42,173 nt of DNA. It comes from a virus. Position numbers and translations under genes: made by a program. Shown here piece after piece: positions 8,651 through 17,011 of the stretch; within the stretch, counting starts at the first letter, position 1, and every line of letters starts with the position of its first letter. Below the pieces are notes generated by a model. It did no database searches. It saw only the letters and a program-made list of their open reading frames with translations, and had not been told where the DNA came from. The DNA is taken from the IMG/VR virus record IMGVR_UViG_3300029927_000113, one strand, 5' to 3'.

Positions 8651-9018
8651 TGTACGATCAGCCCGATATAAGACCACAGAGCGAAAGTGGTGATCTTTAC
8701 GTTCTTCAGGATGACTTCGTCTACACTGGCAATGGTGAGTTTATTACTGTGCCTGAAGGCTTTAAATATGATGGTGCCTCAACACCTAAATTCCTTTGGT
8801 GGGTGCTCCCTCGCGATGGCATTCATCGCGCCGCCGCATTGATCCATGATTTCATTTATGTCTTCGAAGGCAAGATGCCGGATGGTCAGATCTTCACGCG
8901 AAAGGCTGCAGATAAATTATTCTATAATATCATGGTGGATTACGGTGTTGCTTCATGGCGTGCCAAAATTGCGCATCGTGCTGTTCGTATTGTCGGTTAC
9001 TTTTATTGGAGAGAATAA
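8650..9018 (+). CDS. DUF1353-like protein
   Basis: YDGASTPKFLWW...AALIHDFIY motif. ATG at 8650 overlaps the upstream TAA (TAATG). The track start at 8641 is a GTG alternative. Confidence 0.5.
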   Translation: MYDQPDIRPQSESGDLYVLQDDFVYTGNGEFITVPEGFKYDGASTPKFLWWVLPRDGIHRAAALIHDFIYVFEGKMPDGQIFTRKAADKLFYNIMVDYGVASWRAKIAHRAVRIVGYFYWRE

Positions 9019-9020
9019 GC

Positions 9021-9176
9021 ATGAAATCACATGAAGCGATCAAGATATTACCATCATATCTTGGAACAATTTGGGCCTCTATTACCCTCGATCAAATCGC
9101 CGCCGCGATGACGGCCATATACACTGCCTTACTGATTGGCGGCTGGGTCTATGATAGATTTATAAAGAAGCAATAA
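9021..9176 (+). CDS. Small membrane protein (holin/antiholin candidate)
   Basis: ATG at 9021 after GGAGAG. 51 aa, MKSHEAIKILPSYLGTIWASITLDQIAAAMTAIYTALLIGGWVYDRFIKKQ, with a hydrophobic core. Directly upstream of the endolysin. Confidence 0.45.
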   Translation: MKSHEAIKILPSYLGTIWASITLDQIAAAMTAIYTALLIGGWVYDRFIKKQ

Positions 9177-9177
9177 T

Positions 9178-9672
9178 ATGACAGTAAATCTTAGCCAAAT
9201 CCGTCGATACATAGTTATTCCGACGCTACATAAACTCGGCCTTTATTCTGATGCTGCCGAACGCCTGGTCATGGCAACTGGAATGGCAGAGAGTAATTTT
9301 TCATATATAGATCAAGTCGAACGTGGTGGAGACAAGCATGCTGGTACGGCATTCGGGTTCTTCCAAATGGAAGGTGCAACCCACAATGATTTACATAGAA
9401 ATTTTCTGAAATTTAAACCGGAGTTATTACAAAAACTCTCTATTTTAAGATCACCATATCCAGATGGCGCAATCCAGATGCAAGGCAATATGAATTATGC
9501 CGCGGCAATGTGCCGTATCCATTATCGCAGGATTAAAGCACCGTTACCAAAAGCAAATGATATCGAGGGTTTGGCGCATTATTGGAAAAAATATTACAAC
9601 ACGCATTTAGGCGCAGGAACTATTGACGGGTTTATTCAAAAATCCATGCCTGTTTGGGATTTATATAAGTGA
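9178..9672 (+). CDS. Endolysin, SLT-type lytic transglycosylase-like
   Basis: GMAESNFSY...GTAFGFFQMEGATH resembles the SLT catalytic E-S / GLMQ motifs. Flanked by small membrane proteins and spanins. Confidence 0.6.
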   Translation: MTVNLSQIRRYIVIPTLHKLGLYSDAAERLVMATGMAESNFSYIDQVERGGDKHAGTAFGFFQMEGATHNDLHRNFLKFKPELLQKLSILRSPYPDGAIQMQGNMNYAAAMCRIHYRRIKAPLPKANDIEGLAHYWKKYYNTHLGAGTIDGFIQKSMPVWDLYK

Positions 9673-9678
9673 GGAAAT

Positions 9679-9897
9679 ATGCTTGGGAAAGATCCAGATG
9701 ATAATCTTAAGAACCGCCGCGCGATTGCATTTATCGCGTTTTTTTATGTTCTTATTTGGCCATTCATAATACTTGCCGCACACATGTTTTTTGACCTCGA
9801 CATTGATGCAGCCACTTTGTTTTTGAGCTATGGGGGTGTCTTTGGTGGCTCTCCCATAGTTGCCTATTTTATCGCCGCACAAAAGGATAGCAAATGA
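9679..9897 (+). CDS. Two-TM small membrane protein (holin candidate)
   Basis: 72 aa with two hydrophobic helices (AIAFIAFFYVLIWPFIILAAHMFF and VFGGSPIVAYFIAA) and a charged C-terminus. Confidence 0.5.
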   Translation: MLGKDPDDNLKNRRAIAFIAFFYVLIWPFIILAAHMFFDLDIDAATLFLSYGGVFGGSPIVAYFIAAQKDSK

Positions 9898-10175
9898 TAT
9901 TTTTATTCAAATATAGAAGAGTCCTGATTGGTGCGGCACTTGTAACTATCGTCATTGGCACTGGATTTATATTACGTCACAAAAGCTATAACGCAGGTTA
10001 TAGCAAGCGTGTAGCCGAAGAGGGCGCAGCCATAGTTCGTGCCAGTAATTTAGCACGTGCGCGGATTGTTGAAACGGAAAGAAAATACGATGAAATTATC
10101 AAAGAAATCCAAAACACCGAAAGTACAAATAATTGTGTTGGTGATCATGTGCGCCATGTTCTTGACCGCCTGTAA
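9894..10175 (+). CDS. i-spanin (Rz-like)
   Basis: 93 aa with an N-terminal TM (VLIGAALVTIVIGTGFIL) and a charged helical periplasmic part. ATGA overlap with the upstream gene. A lipoprotein ORF starts within it in another frame. Confidence 0.6.
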   Translation: MIFLFKYRRVLIGAALVTIVIGTGFILRHKSYNAGYSKRVAEEGAAIVRASNLARARIVETERKYDEIIKEIQNTESTNNCVGDHVRHVLDRL

Positions 10176-10323
10176 CGGTAACGTAATCATTGCAAATGAC
10201 CCCCATGATGAATGTGCCCATCCACAAAAACCACCCAAACCCTATGCCGATAAAGCCACCGCGATCTTTGTGGCAGAACAAAGCAAAGCCATAAATAAAT
10301 GCCGCGCATTACTTGGTAAATAA
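10090..10323 (+). CDS. o-spanin (Rz1-like lipoprotein), overlapping architecture
   Basis: MKLSKKSKTPKVQIIVLVIMCAMFLTAC has a signal sequence and lipobox (FLTAC). The mature part is ~50 aa and Pro-rich (HPQKPPKPY). It starts inside the i-spanin gene in a different frame and extends beyond it. Confidence 0.7.
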   Translation: MKLSKKSKTPKVQIIVLVIMCAMFLTACNGNVIIANDPHDECAHPQKPPKPYADKATAIFVAEQSKAINKCRALLGK

Positions 10324-10351
10324 AAACATTAATAAATTAAGGAATTAAAAT

Positions 10352-12586
10352 ATGTTGATGAAAATTGGTGGAATTGGATTAGGCGGTAGGGTGATTGGCT
10401 CATCCGAACCAGCGGGGCAAACCGCGCATATATTTTTAACAATCGGGAACTCCCACAATATTGGTAGACCAACGGCTTCGGGTGATACGTTTGATGCGAA
10501 AGTGTGGGAATGGACGCAGGGTGACGCTTTGGCACAACCCGCCGCCGCGATGCTAGATCATCAAAACGACACGACAACCGATATCAGTCCAGACCTATCT
10601 TTTTCAGCGGATTACATTGCCGCGAACCCCACAATTGACCGCCTTGTATTCGTACCACATGCGCGTGGTAGTACCGGATTTTCGGACAATGCATGGTCTG
10701 CCGATACAGTGCCGAACGATTTGAGTTCTGCCGTTACGCGGTTCAATGCCGCCTATGCACAACTTATCGCGGATGGTTATACGGTTACGGTGGGTGGCGC
10801 GTTCTGGCATGCAAATCGCCCTGATTTCGATAGTAACAGTCATGAACAATATCAAATTGATATTGATGCGATGGCTGCCTATCTCCGCGCAAACCTCACC
10901 GATGGTGCAAATATCAAATTCGCTATCGGCGCGGGAATGACGAAAGTGCAGCTCGATGGTCGCGGCTTATCCAAGGATTTAAACTTCCAAGCAATAGTAG
11001 ACGGTACGCAACATCGTGTGGCCTATACAGGGACGTATGATTGGATAAATTCACCTCGATACGGCAAGACTTACGCAGGTCTTCCAGTGCAAACAACGGA
11101 CGGCGTACACGCTGATCGTTTGGGTGTAATAGAGCAAGGGCATTTGCGTTATGACGCATTGCTACGCGCTCAAGCAAACACCAAACCGTCCGATCCATTC
11201 CAAAGCCTTGCAAGTTGGTCTGATTGGAAAGCGTTCCATGATTTTCGTACTGGAACAGGCTTGGATATGACAGGCAATGGCTTTCATGCAGCTCAAGCCG
11301 ATGCAGTAACAAACACCGCCAATATGAAATACGACACAGTGACAAGAAGCATGGTTTATGACCGTATCGCGGCAGATGTGGCTCGATATTTTCATGCTGG
11401 CGTACAGCTTGGGGCATCTTATACAAAGGCGTTGTTTTTGAGGTTTGATGATCTTAGTGCGACAATTGGTATCTTTCAAAACCACGATGAAGGCGTTCGT
11501 TTTTTCTACACTGTTGGTTCAAATGAAATTCGTGCGTATCACAGCTCAAGCAGTGCTCGTGTTGATATATCAGGCAATGATATAATCTTAGGGAAGTGGC
11601 ATAGCTTGGTGGTCACGTATGATGAACCAACCACCACTATGAAGATTTACCTTGATGGTGTCCTCAAAGGAACAAACGCCGCCGTGGCCGCTCATCCAGC
11701 CGTTGTGAATGAAGCGATCGGGGCGCAAAACTTGGTAGGGCTTCGTGGTTTTCGTGGGGCGATGATGTACGCCGCGCATTCCTATAGTGCAATGGATCAA
11801 ACAGCTATAACCGCACTCAACACCGTATCACAAAACCTTGTCACACCGTTTGTAGTACAGACACCCGATGAAATACCTGCTTTATTTTCGTGGAGAAACC
11901 CACGTATTGACATCTCTGTAACGCGCGATGGTGGAGAATTGGTATCTAATGAGCAAGACACGTTTGGGTCGTTGGATGCACTCCAATCGGACGAACCGCA
12001 TAAACCTTTATATGTTCCTGCGAGTAATTATGTTCAATATGGCGGTGGTGCAGGCAATCAAGAGTTCCTTGAAATGGGCGCGGTTGCTTTCGGTTCGGAT
12101 GATTTCTCAATCTCTATATGGGGTTACTCTGACGTACAAACTACATTTGTCCAAAAATGGATGAACCTTAGTGATGGCACAACTTCCTCTTTGGTGACTA
12201 TAGGCACGCATAACGCTACACCTTCTATCAGATGTTCTGTAAGGGATGCCTTAGGCAATGTTGTGACAACTTCGCTAAATACCCTTTTAACAGGGAAATG
12301 GTATCACGTGGTGATGAGTGTAGATCGTGCAAATAATCTCATTAAATATTACGTTGATGGTCTACTCAAAGTGACCGTAGATATTTCCGCATTAACCGAT
12401 GTCATAAACATGGATGGTGGCTCATTCGTTAACCTATTAGGTAAAGAGACCAAAGCCGATGGCACGTATTCCAGAGCATTCCAAGGAAGACTTGGGGATG
12501 ATCATATCTACAAAGGCCGCGCATTAACTGCGGATGATGTGACCAATATTTTCAATGATGGAACGGCGGATTATAGTAATCCTTAA
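10352..12586 (+). CDS. Large SGNH/SASA-type carbohydrate esterase-like protein with two LamG (concanavalin-like) domains
   Basis: AAGGA RBS. The N-terminus IFLTIGNSHNIG matches the GQSNM-type block I, and TTDGVHADRLG matches the DxxH block V. Two repeats of the LamG_3-like signature: GKWHSLVVTYDEPTTTMKIYLDGVL and GKWYHVVMSVDRANNLIKYYVDGLL. Confidence 0.6.
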   Translation: MLMKIGGIGLGGRVIGSSEPAGQTAHIFLTIGNSHNIGRPTASGDTFDAKVWEWTQGDALAQPAAAMLDHQNDTTTDISPDLSFSADYIAANPTIDRLVFVPHARGSTGFSDNAWSADTVPNDLSSAVTRFNAAYAQLIADGYTVTVGGAFWHANRPDFDSNSHEQYQIDIDAMAAYLRANLTDGANIKFAIGAGMTKVQLDGRGLSKDLNFQAIVDGTQHRVAYTGTYDWINSPRYGKTYAGLPVQTTDGVHADRLGVIEQGHLRYDALLRAQANTKPSDPFQSLASWSDWKAFHDFRTGTGLDMTGNGFHAAQADAVTNTANMKYDTVTRSMVYDRIAADVARYFHAGVQLGASYTKALFLRFDDLSATIGIFQNHDEGVRFFYTVGSNEIRAYHSSSSARVDISGNDIILGKWHSLVVTYDEPTTTMKIYLDGVLKGTNAAVAAHPAVVNEAIGAQNLVGLRGFRGAMMYAAHSYSAMDQTAITALNTVSQNLVTPFVVQTPDEIPALFSWRNPRIDISVTRDGGELVSNEQDTFGSLDALQSDEPHKPLYVPASNYVQYGGGAGNQEFLEMGAVAFGSDDFSISIWGYSDVQTTFVQKWMNLSDGTTSSLVTIGTHNATPSIRCSVRDALGNVVTTSLNTLLTGKWYHVVMSVDRANNLIKYYVDGLLKVTVDISALTDVINMDGGSFVNLLGKETKADGTYSRAFQGRLGDDHIYKGRALTADDVTNIFNDGTADYSNP

Positions 12587-12616
12587 GTGAGGGTTGCTAC
12601 GGCCATACGAAGACTT

Positions 12617-13360
12617 CTATTTCTTTACTGCTTTTTTTCGTTGCTGTCTTGGAGGTATTCTTTCTTTCAACGCTTCTGCCTTATCTGTAAGAATTAAATT
12701 CCTATAAATAAATTGTTCAACAATATTTATCATAGTATGAAGTTCTGGTTCTGTTGGACTCCAGCTGCGGTGGGCAGCCGCTCCACCTGCATCAGTAAGA
12801 ATATCTAAAACTCTCTTTTCATCTATTCCTATCTTCCCCTTCAAAAGTAAATCATCTAACTTTTTTTGAAAAGATTGTGCAGTATCAATTCCCAAAGCTT
12901 CTGTCGATGCGTCAAAGGCTGTTCTTATACCTGTTGCTGTTAGGATCTTAAGATCACTATTAAAGGCTACATATATTTCTTGAAGGATATTATACAGGGG
13001 TTCATTTGAAATTTTTATTTTGTGAATCCAAATCGGCTTTTTTCGCCGGATTGGAGATGGCCAATAAGATATATCTTCATAGTAATTCTCTTCAACCTCG
13101 CCAGTAATAGGGTGATAATATTTGTTAATATCTTCTGAAAACACACTTATAGTTTGATGATAGACTGTTTCACACCCACAGCACTTTAATATTCTATGTC
13201 TATAAAGCATCCAAACACAGTTATAGTCATCACCATCCTCATCTTTAAACTCATACTTGGCAACAATATCCGCATTAATTTGTCCACCACAATCTGGACA
13301 ATTTGCCTTTATTTTTTCTACTGTCATTTTTTGTCTGTCCATATAATGAAGATTTAACAC
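12617..13360 (-). CDS. Zn-ribbon + DUF4145-like domain protein (accessory; function unknown)
   Basis: N-terminal CPDCGG...CCGCETV cysteine pairs. The C-terminal part, LYNILQEIYVAFNSDLKILTATGIRTAFDASTEALG...LLLKGKIGIDEKRVLDILTDAGGAAAHRSW, follows the DUF4145 pattern. AT-rich, convergent with the late operon. The true start may be an internal Met (MDRQK or MTVEK). Confidence 0.55.
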   Translation of the reverse strand: MLNLHYMDRQKMTVEKIKANCPDCGGQINADIVAKYEFKDEDGDDYNCVWMLYRHRILKCCGCETVYHQTISVFSEDINKYYHPITGEVEENYYEDISYWPSPIRRKKPIWIHKIKISNEPLYNILQEIYVAFNSDLKILTATGIRTAFDASTEALGIDTAQSFQKKLDDLLLKGKIGIDEKRVLDILTDAGGAAAHRSWSPTEPELHTMINIVEQFIYRNLILTDKAEALKERIPPRQQRKKAVKK

Positions 13361-13561
13361 TTATTTTCTAATGTCCGCTTTGAGAACATATCAGAAATAT
13401 TATAAATCACCAGAATAAGAAATTCCTTCTAAACGAGGGAAGGGGTGCGTCAACACCCCTTTACCGCAAGCCTTAACTTGCATGACTACAACTGGCCTTG
13501 TCTTGGCCATCCCGCCTATCAGCCGATAGATGGGGAATTATGCATGTAAAAGGTTAAAAAA

Positions 13562-14392
13562 ATGGAATCCTTCTCACAAGTTCGCCCCCGCGAACCCGTT
13601 GCCCCGTATCAGGGTGGAAAATCCAAACTGGCAGATACGGTTATCTCATACATTAATCAGATACCCCATAACACCTATGCGGAGGTCTTTGTCGGTATGG
13701 GTGGGATATTCCTTCGCCGTGATTACAAGCCACCTGCAGAAGTCATCAACGATTACAGCCGTGATGTGTCCAACTTCTTTCGTGTCCTTCAAATACATTA
13801 TGTGGCGTTTCTGGATATGCTTAAATGGCAAATCACAACGCGTACAGAGTTTGAACGTTTAATCTCCATTGACCCGGACACATTAACCGATATGCAGCGC
13901 GCTGCACGCTTTCTGTATCTGCAGCGCACTAGCTTTGGCGGTAAAATTACAGGGCAAAATTTCGGCGTATCCAAGGATCGTCCAGCACGCTTTGATATAA
14001 CAAAGCTCTCAGCAACTTTAGAAGATGTCCATGAACGCCTGTCCAGCGTAACTATTGAGCGATTGGATTATAAAGACTTTATACGGCGTTACGATCAACC
14101 CGAATGTCTATTTTATTTGGACCCCCCATATTATGAGTGTGAATCCGATTACGGCAAAGAACTGTTTGATCGTGATGAGTTTCCAAAGATGGCAGATTTA
14201 CTGGCCGGAATAGAAGGGAAGTTCATCGTATCTTTAAATGACCACCCCGATGTCAGAGATATATTTAAAGCGTTCCATATTATAAGTGTAGAAACGACAT
14301 ATTCAATTTCCTCAAAAGAAAGCCAAAAAGTAGGGGAGGTCTTAATAACAAACGCTCAAGATCACTTCAGATCAGATGATCTGTTTGCTTAG
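13562..14392 (+). CDS. dam: DNA N6-adenine methyltransferase, Dam/D12 class
   Basis: PYQGGKSKLA, FVGMGGIF (motif I) and FYLDPPYY (motif IV, DPPY). Confidence 0.85.
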   Translation: MESFSQVRPREPVAPYQGGKSKLADTVISYINQIPHNTYAEVFVGMGGIFLRRDYKPPAEVINDYSRDVSNFFRVLQIHYVAFLDMLKWQITTRTEFERLISIDPDTLTDMQRAARFLYLQRTSFGGKITGQNFGVSKDRPARFDITKLSATLEDVHERLSSVTIERLDYKDFIRRYDQPECLFYLDPPYYECESDYGKELFDRDEFPKMADLLAGIEGKFIVSLNDHPDVRDIFKAFHIISVETTYSISSKESQKVGEVLITNAQDHFRSDDLFA

Positions 14393-15175
14393 TATTTTTC
14401 GTTCATAAGCCCCTTCAAAGTCAGTAGCTATGTAATCGAAGTCCAAATTTCCTAAAAGATCATACTTGTCTGTTATATAAAGCATCAAGTCTTTCCCATT
14501 GGGGGTCGCAAGCAAATAATAAATTGCCATTTGGTTTCCTGCGGTTATTTCAGTTTTAATTAAGGCGATATATAAACCTTTGTTCGTAATATCACTAAGA
14601 TTAACAAATGAAATTACATTATTAAGACGTTCTATATAAGGGTAATGATCCATTCTTAACCCATCGATTATATTATTTATAATCTTATTGGCATCTTCAG
14701 AATACTTTGACGTTCCTCCATCTGAACGATTTCTTGTTAGTTCTACGTTTATGTTATAAGCGGCATCTCGAAATTTTTTTGCATCGCTAGAAGAAAGTAA
14801 TCGTAATAATTCGAAAAATGTATTTTCAAATTGCTGTCTCCGCATTGTTTGGTTCTGTAATTCCATTTGCGCCCTTTGCTCTTCTAGCGCTTGTTTCTGG
14901 TCAACCATAACTTCACGAGTTTTTTCAAGGTCTAGTCTTTGAAGTTTCAATTCTTGGCTCTGAAGCACGATGGCAATAACGACCCCAATAAACGCAAAGC
15001 CTGAAAATAGAGCATTCACACCGCCAAACATGTCACCAAAAGTACCAGGCTGTATTGCTTCACCTTTATAGAGAATAGGAACCGCAACGAGATTAACAGT
15101 TAGTGCTACTACGACGAAAGCAGCAGCGCCGAGCGCGAATTTAATCCAAGTGTTTTTATCTTCTTTTTTTTCCAT
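14372..15175 (-). CDS. Membrane protein resembling putative abortive-infection protein AbiC family (putAbiC-like)
   Basis: Two N-terminal TM helices with FGDMFGGVNALFSGFAFIGVVIAIVLQSQELKLQ, then a Q/E-rich coiled coil, then QQFENTFFELLRLL. This order matches my recollection of the putAbiC family (Pfam number from memory, PF16872). The 3' end overlaps dam by 21 nt in convergent orientation. Confidence 0.55.
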   Translation of the reverse strand: MEKKEDKNTWIKFALGAAAFVVVALTVNLVAVPILYKGEAIQPGTFGDMFGGVNALFSGFAFIGVVIAIVLQSQELKLQRLDLEKTREVMVDQKQALEEQRAQMELQNQTMRRQQFENTFFELLRLLSSSDAKKFRDAAYNINVELTRNRSDGGTSKYSEDANKIINNIIDGLRMDHYPYIERLNNVISFVNLSDITNKGLYIALIKTEITAGNQMAIYYLLATPNGKDLMLYITDKYDLLGNLDFDYIATDFEGAYERKILSKQII

Positions 15176-15429
15176 AGCTGCTTATACCACAAGCGCGTTA
15201 ATGCTCAAACTCATCTAAACTTGGTAATGCTCGTTGATAGCGACGTGTATTTTAACACCTATATATATGTGTCTTTATGGCACGCTCTATTCACCAAAAG
15301 AGAATCAGAATCTAAGGTGACTTGAAAAAAATGTGTTAGATATGGTTCATATTGTCGAATTTGCTCTGCTGATCAACAACATTCCACTGTATTTCATAAA
15401 TAAAACGAATAAATATATGCTATATTTTT

Positions 15430-15690
15430 ACCTACAAAGGGTATTTATGGGATGTTCCAGCCTACATATAACCTACACTAAAAAATTATACGTTACAAAT
15501 CAATGCTTTAATTGTACAATCCGTCCAATCCATCATCGGGGCAACGGATATTGGTATAATCGCGGTTTTCTGCGGTAAGCCTACGGTTTCTGCGGTGTTC
15601 TTGGTGTTACTCATTGTTCTGTTCTAACTTATTTACATACATTTTAATACATTTTATTGACATTGAACCTACATATAGCCTACAAAAAAG
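15430..15690. repeat. Cluster of short direct repeats in the int-proximal non-coding region (attP arm-site candidates)
   Basis: CCTACA-type motifs near 15431, 15461, 15472, 15579, 15668 and 15679, including CCTACATATAACCTACA and CCTACATATAGCCTACA. GGTTTTCTGCGGT / GGTTTCTGCGGT lie around 15564-15596. TACATTTTA occurs twice around 15636-15655. Confidence 0.4.
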
Positions 15691-15720
15691 ATTGGACGAT
15701 CTAGTATTGGTGGCTTACTT

Positions 15721-16764
15721 ATGGCGAATTATAGCATAGCAAAACGCAGCGGCAAGTATTGTTGCCAATTACGCTGGATCCCTACAGGTACAAATAAACG
15801 TAAGTCTTGTAGCAGAACTTTCACCCGAAAAGCAACCGCCGAGGCATGGGGGAAGAAAAAACTTAACGATCTTGAGGCTGGTTTGTCTGCAGGAGAGGTT
15901 TTTGAATCTGTTTTATTGGGTGAGCTTCTTGATAAATACTTAGATGATAGGCATGTAAATATTGGCCGCTCAAAGCGTTATTCGTTAGCTATGATACGTG
16001 ACAGTGATATTGCCTCCATCGAGACGAAGAATTTGACCCCAAAACATATTGTTGATTATTGTAAGGATAGAAGTGACGCGGGAGCGAGTGCGGCCACAGT
16101 GTCGTGTGATGTAAGTAACCTACGTTCTGTTCTTAAGTGCGCCGAGGCTTTGTATGACATCCCTGTGACGGTGGAACCCATTGTTAAGGCCATGCCTACG
16201 CTTCATACATTAGGCCTGGTGGGTAAGGCAAAGATTAGAACGCGCAGGCCAACCAATGATGAAATTACGCGCTTACGCACAGGCCTGTTGGCTCGACAAA
16301 ATGGGCGAGGCGCGATCATTCCTTTTGTGGACCTATTAGATTTTTCCATACTAAGTTGCATGCGCATCAGTGAGGTGTGCAATTTAAAATGGGATGATTT
16401 GAATATTAATGAATCTTGGGTGTGGGTACGTGATCGTAAAGACCCGCGTAAAAAGGTTGGTAATCATATGAAGGTTCCACTGTTGGGTGGTTCTCTAGAT
16501 ATAGTGCTACGCCAGAAGAAAACTTATGATCCGCGTATATTCCCCTATAACAACACCTCTGTCAGTGCAGGGTTTCAACGTGTGCGTGATCAACTGGATA
16601 TTGAGGATTTACGTTATCATGATTTAAGAAGAGAGGGTGCAAGCCGTTTGTTCGAAGCAGGCTATAAGATTGATGAAGTTGCGCAAGTAACTGGGCACCG
16701 TGATTTAAATACATTATGGCGTATTTATACCGATTTGAACCCAACTAGAATTACCGACCGATAG
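15721..16764 (+). CDS. int: Tyrosine site-specific integrase
   Basis: 347 aa. The C-terminal catalytic region contains CMRISEV, HDLRREGASRLFEAGY and VTGHRDLNTLWRIYTD (R..HxxR..Y pattern). Confidence 0.9.
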   Translation: MANYSIAKRSGKYCCQLRWIPTGTNKRKSCSRTFTRKATAEAWGKKKLNDLEAGLSAGEVFESVLLGELLDKYLDDRHVNIGRSKRYSLAMIRDSDIASIETKNLTPKHIVDYCKDRSDAGASAATVSCDVSNLRSVLKCAEALYDIPVTVEPIVKAMPTLHTLGLVGKAKIRTRRPTNDEITRLRTGLLARQNGRGAIIPFVDLLDFSILSCMRISEVCNLKWDDLNINESWVWVRDRKDPRKKVGNHMKVPLLGGSLDIVLRQKKTYDPRIFPYNNTSVSAGFQRVRDQLDIEDLRYHDLRREGASRLFEAGYKIDEVAQVTGHRDLNTLWRIYTDLNPTRITDR

Positions 16765-17011
16765 TACCAACCCATTCTCTTTTCGCGTTCTCATAGCTTT
16801 TATCTATGTGTGCGGCCAAATCCTGAATTTTAACCATCCATGGTAATTTTTGCGACGCACCCAAACGAAAAGCCGGAACTGGCAATGTGCCTGATCTTGC
16901 GCGTTGTTTTGCGGTACCTTTGCTGCAGCCAAAATACTCATCGCATATCTTCTCCAAAGGAATAGCAGGCGTTTCAAACCGCATCAATAATATCATCTCT
17001 GTTTTGTTCAC
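16751..17011 (-). CDS. PrtN-family / excisionase-like DNA-binding protein
   Basis: ILLMRFETPAIPLEKICDEYFGCSKGTAKQRARSGTLPVPAFRLGASQKLPWMVKIQDLAAHID resembles PrtN/Xis-type proteins. The likely start is GTG at 17011, preceded by GGAG and overlapping the upstream stop (GTGA). The track ORF extends to 17050. The 3' end overlaps int by 14 nt in convergent orientation. Confidence 0.65.
   Translation of the reverse strand: MNKTEMILLMRFETPAIPLEKICDEYFGCSKGTAKQRARSGTLPVPAFRLGASQKLPWMVKIQDLAAHIDKSYENAKREWVGTIGR

Noticed and set aside
13530-13862. 110-aa ORF overlapping the 5' part of dam in another frame
   Set aside because: The dam frame carries all the methyltransferase motifs. The alternative frame has none.
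15690-15725. TGGTGGCT just upstream of int considered as the reverse complement of a tRNA 3' end (…AGCCACCA), i.e. a tRNA-derived att core
   Set aside because: The adjacent sequence has no T-arm/T-loop (GTTCRANNC) or acceptor-stem complementarity. No tRNA-like cloverleaf could be drawn anywhere in the window.
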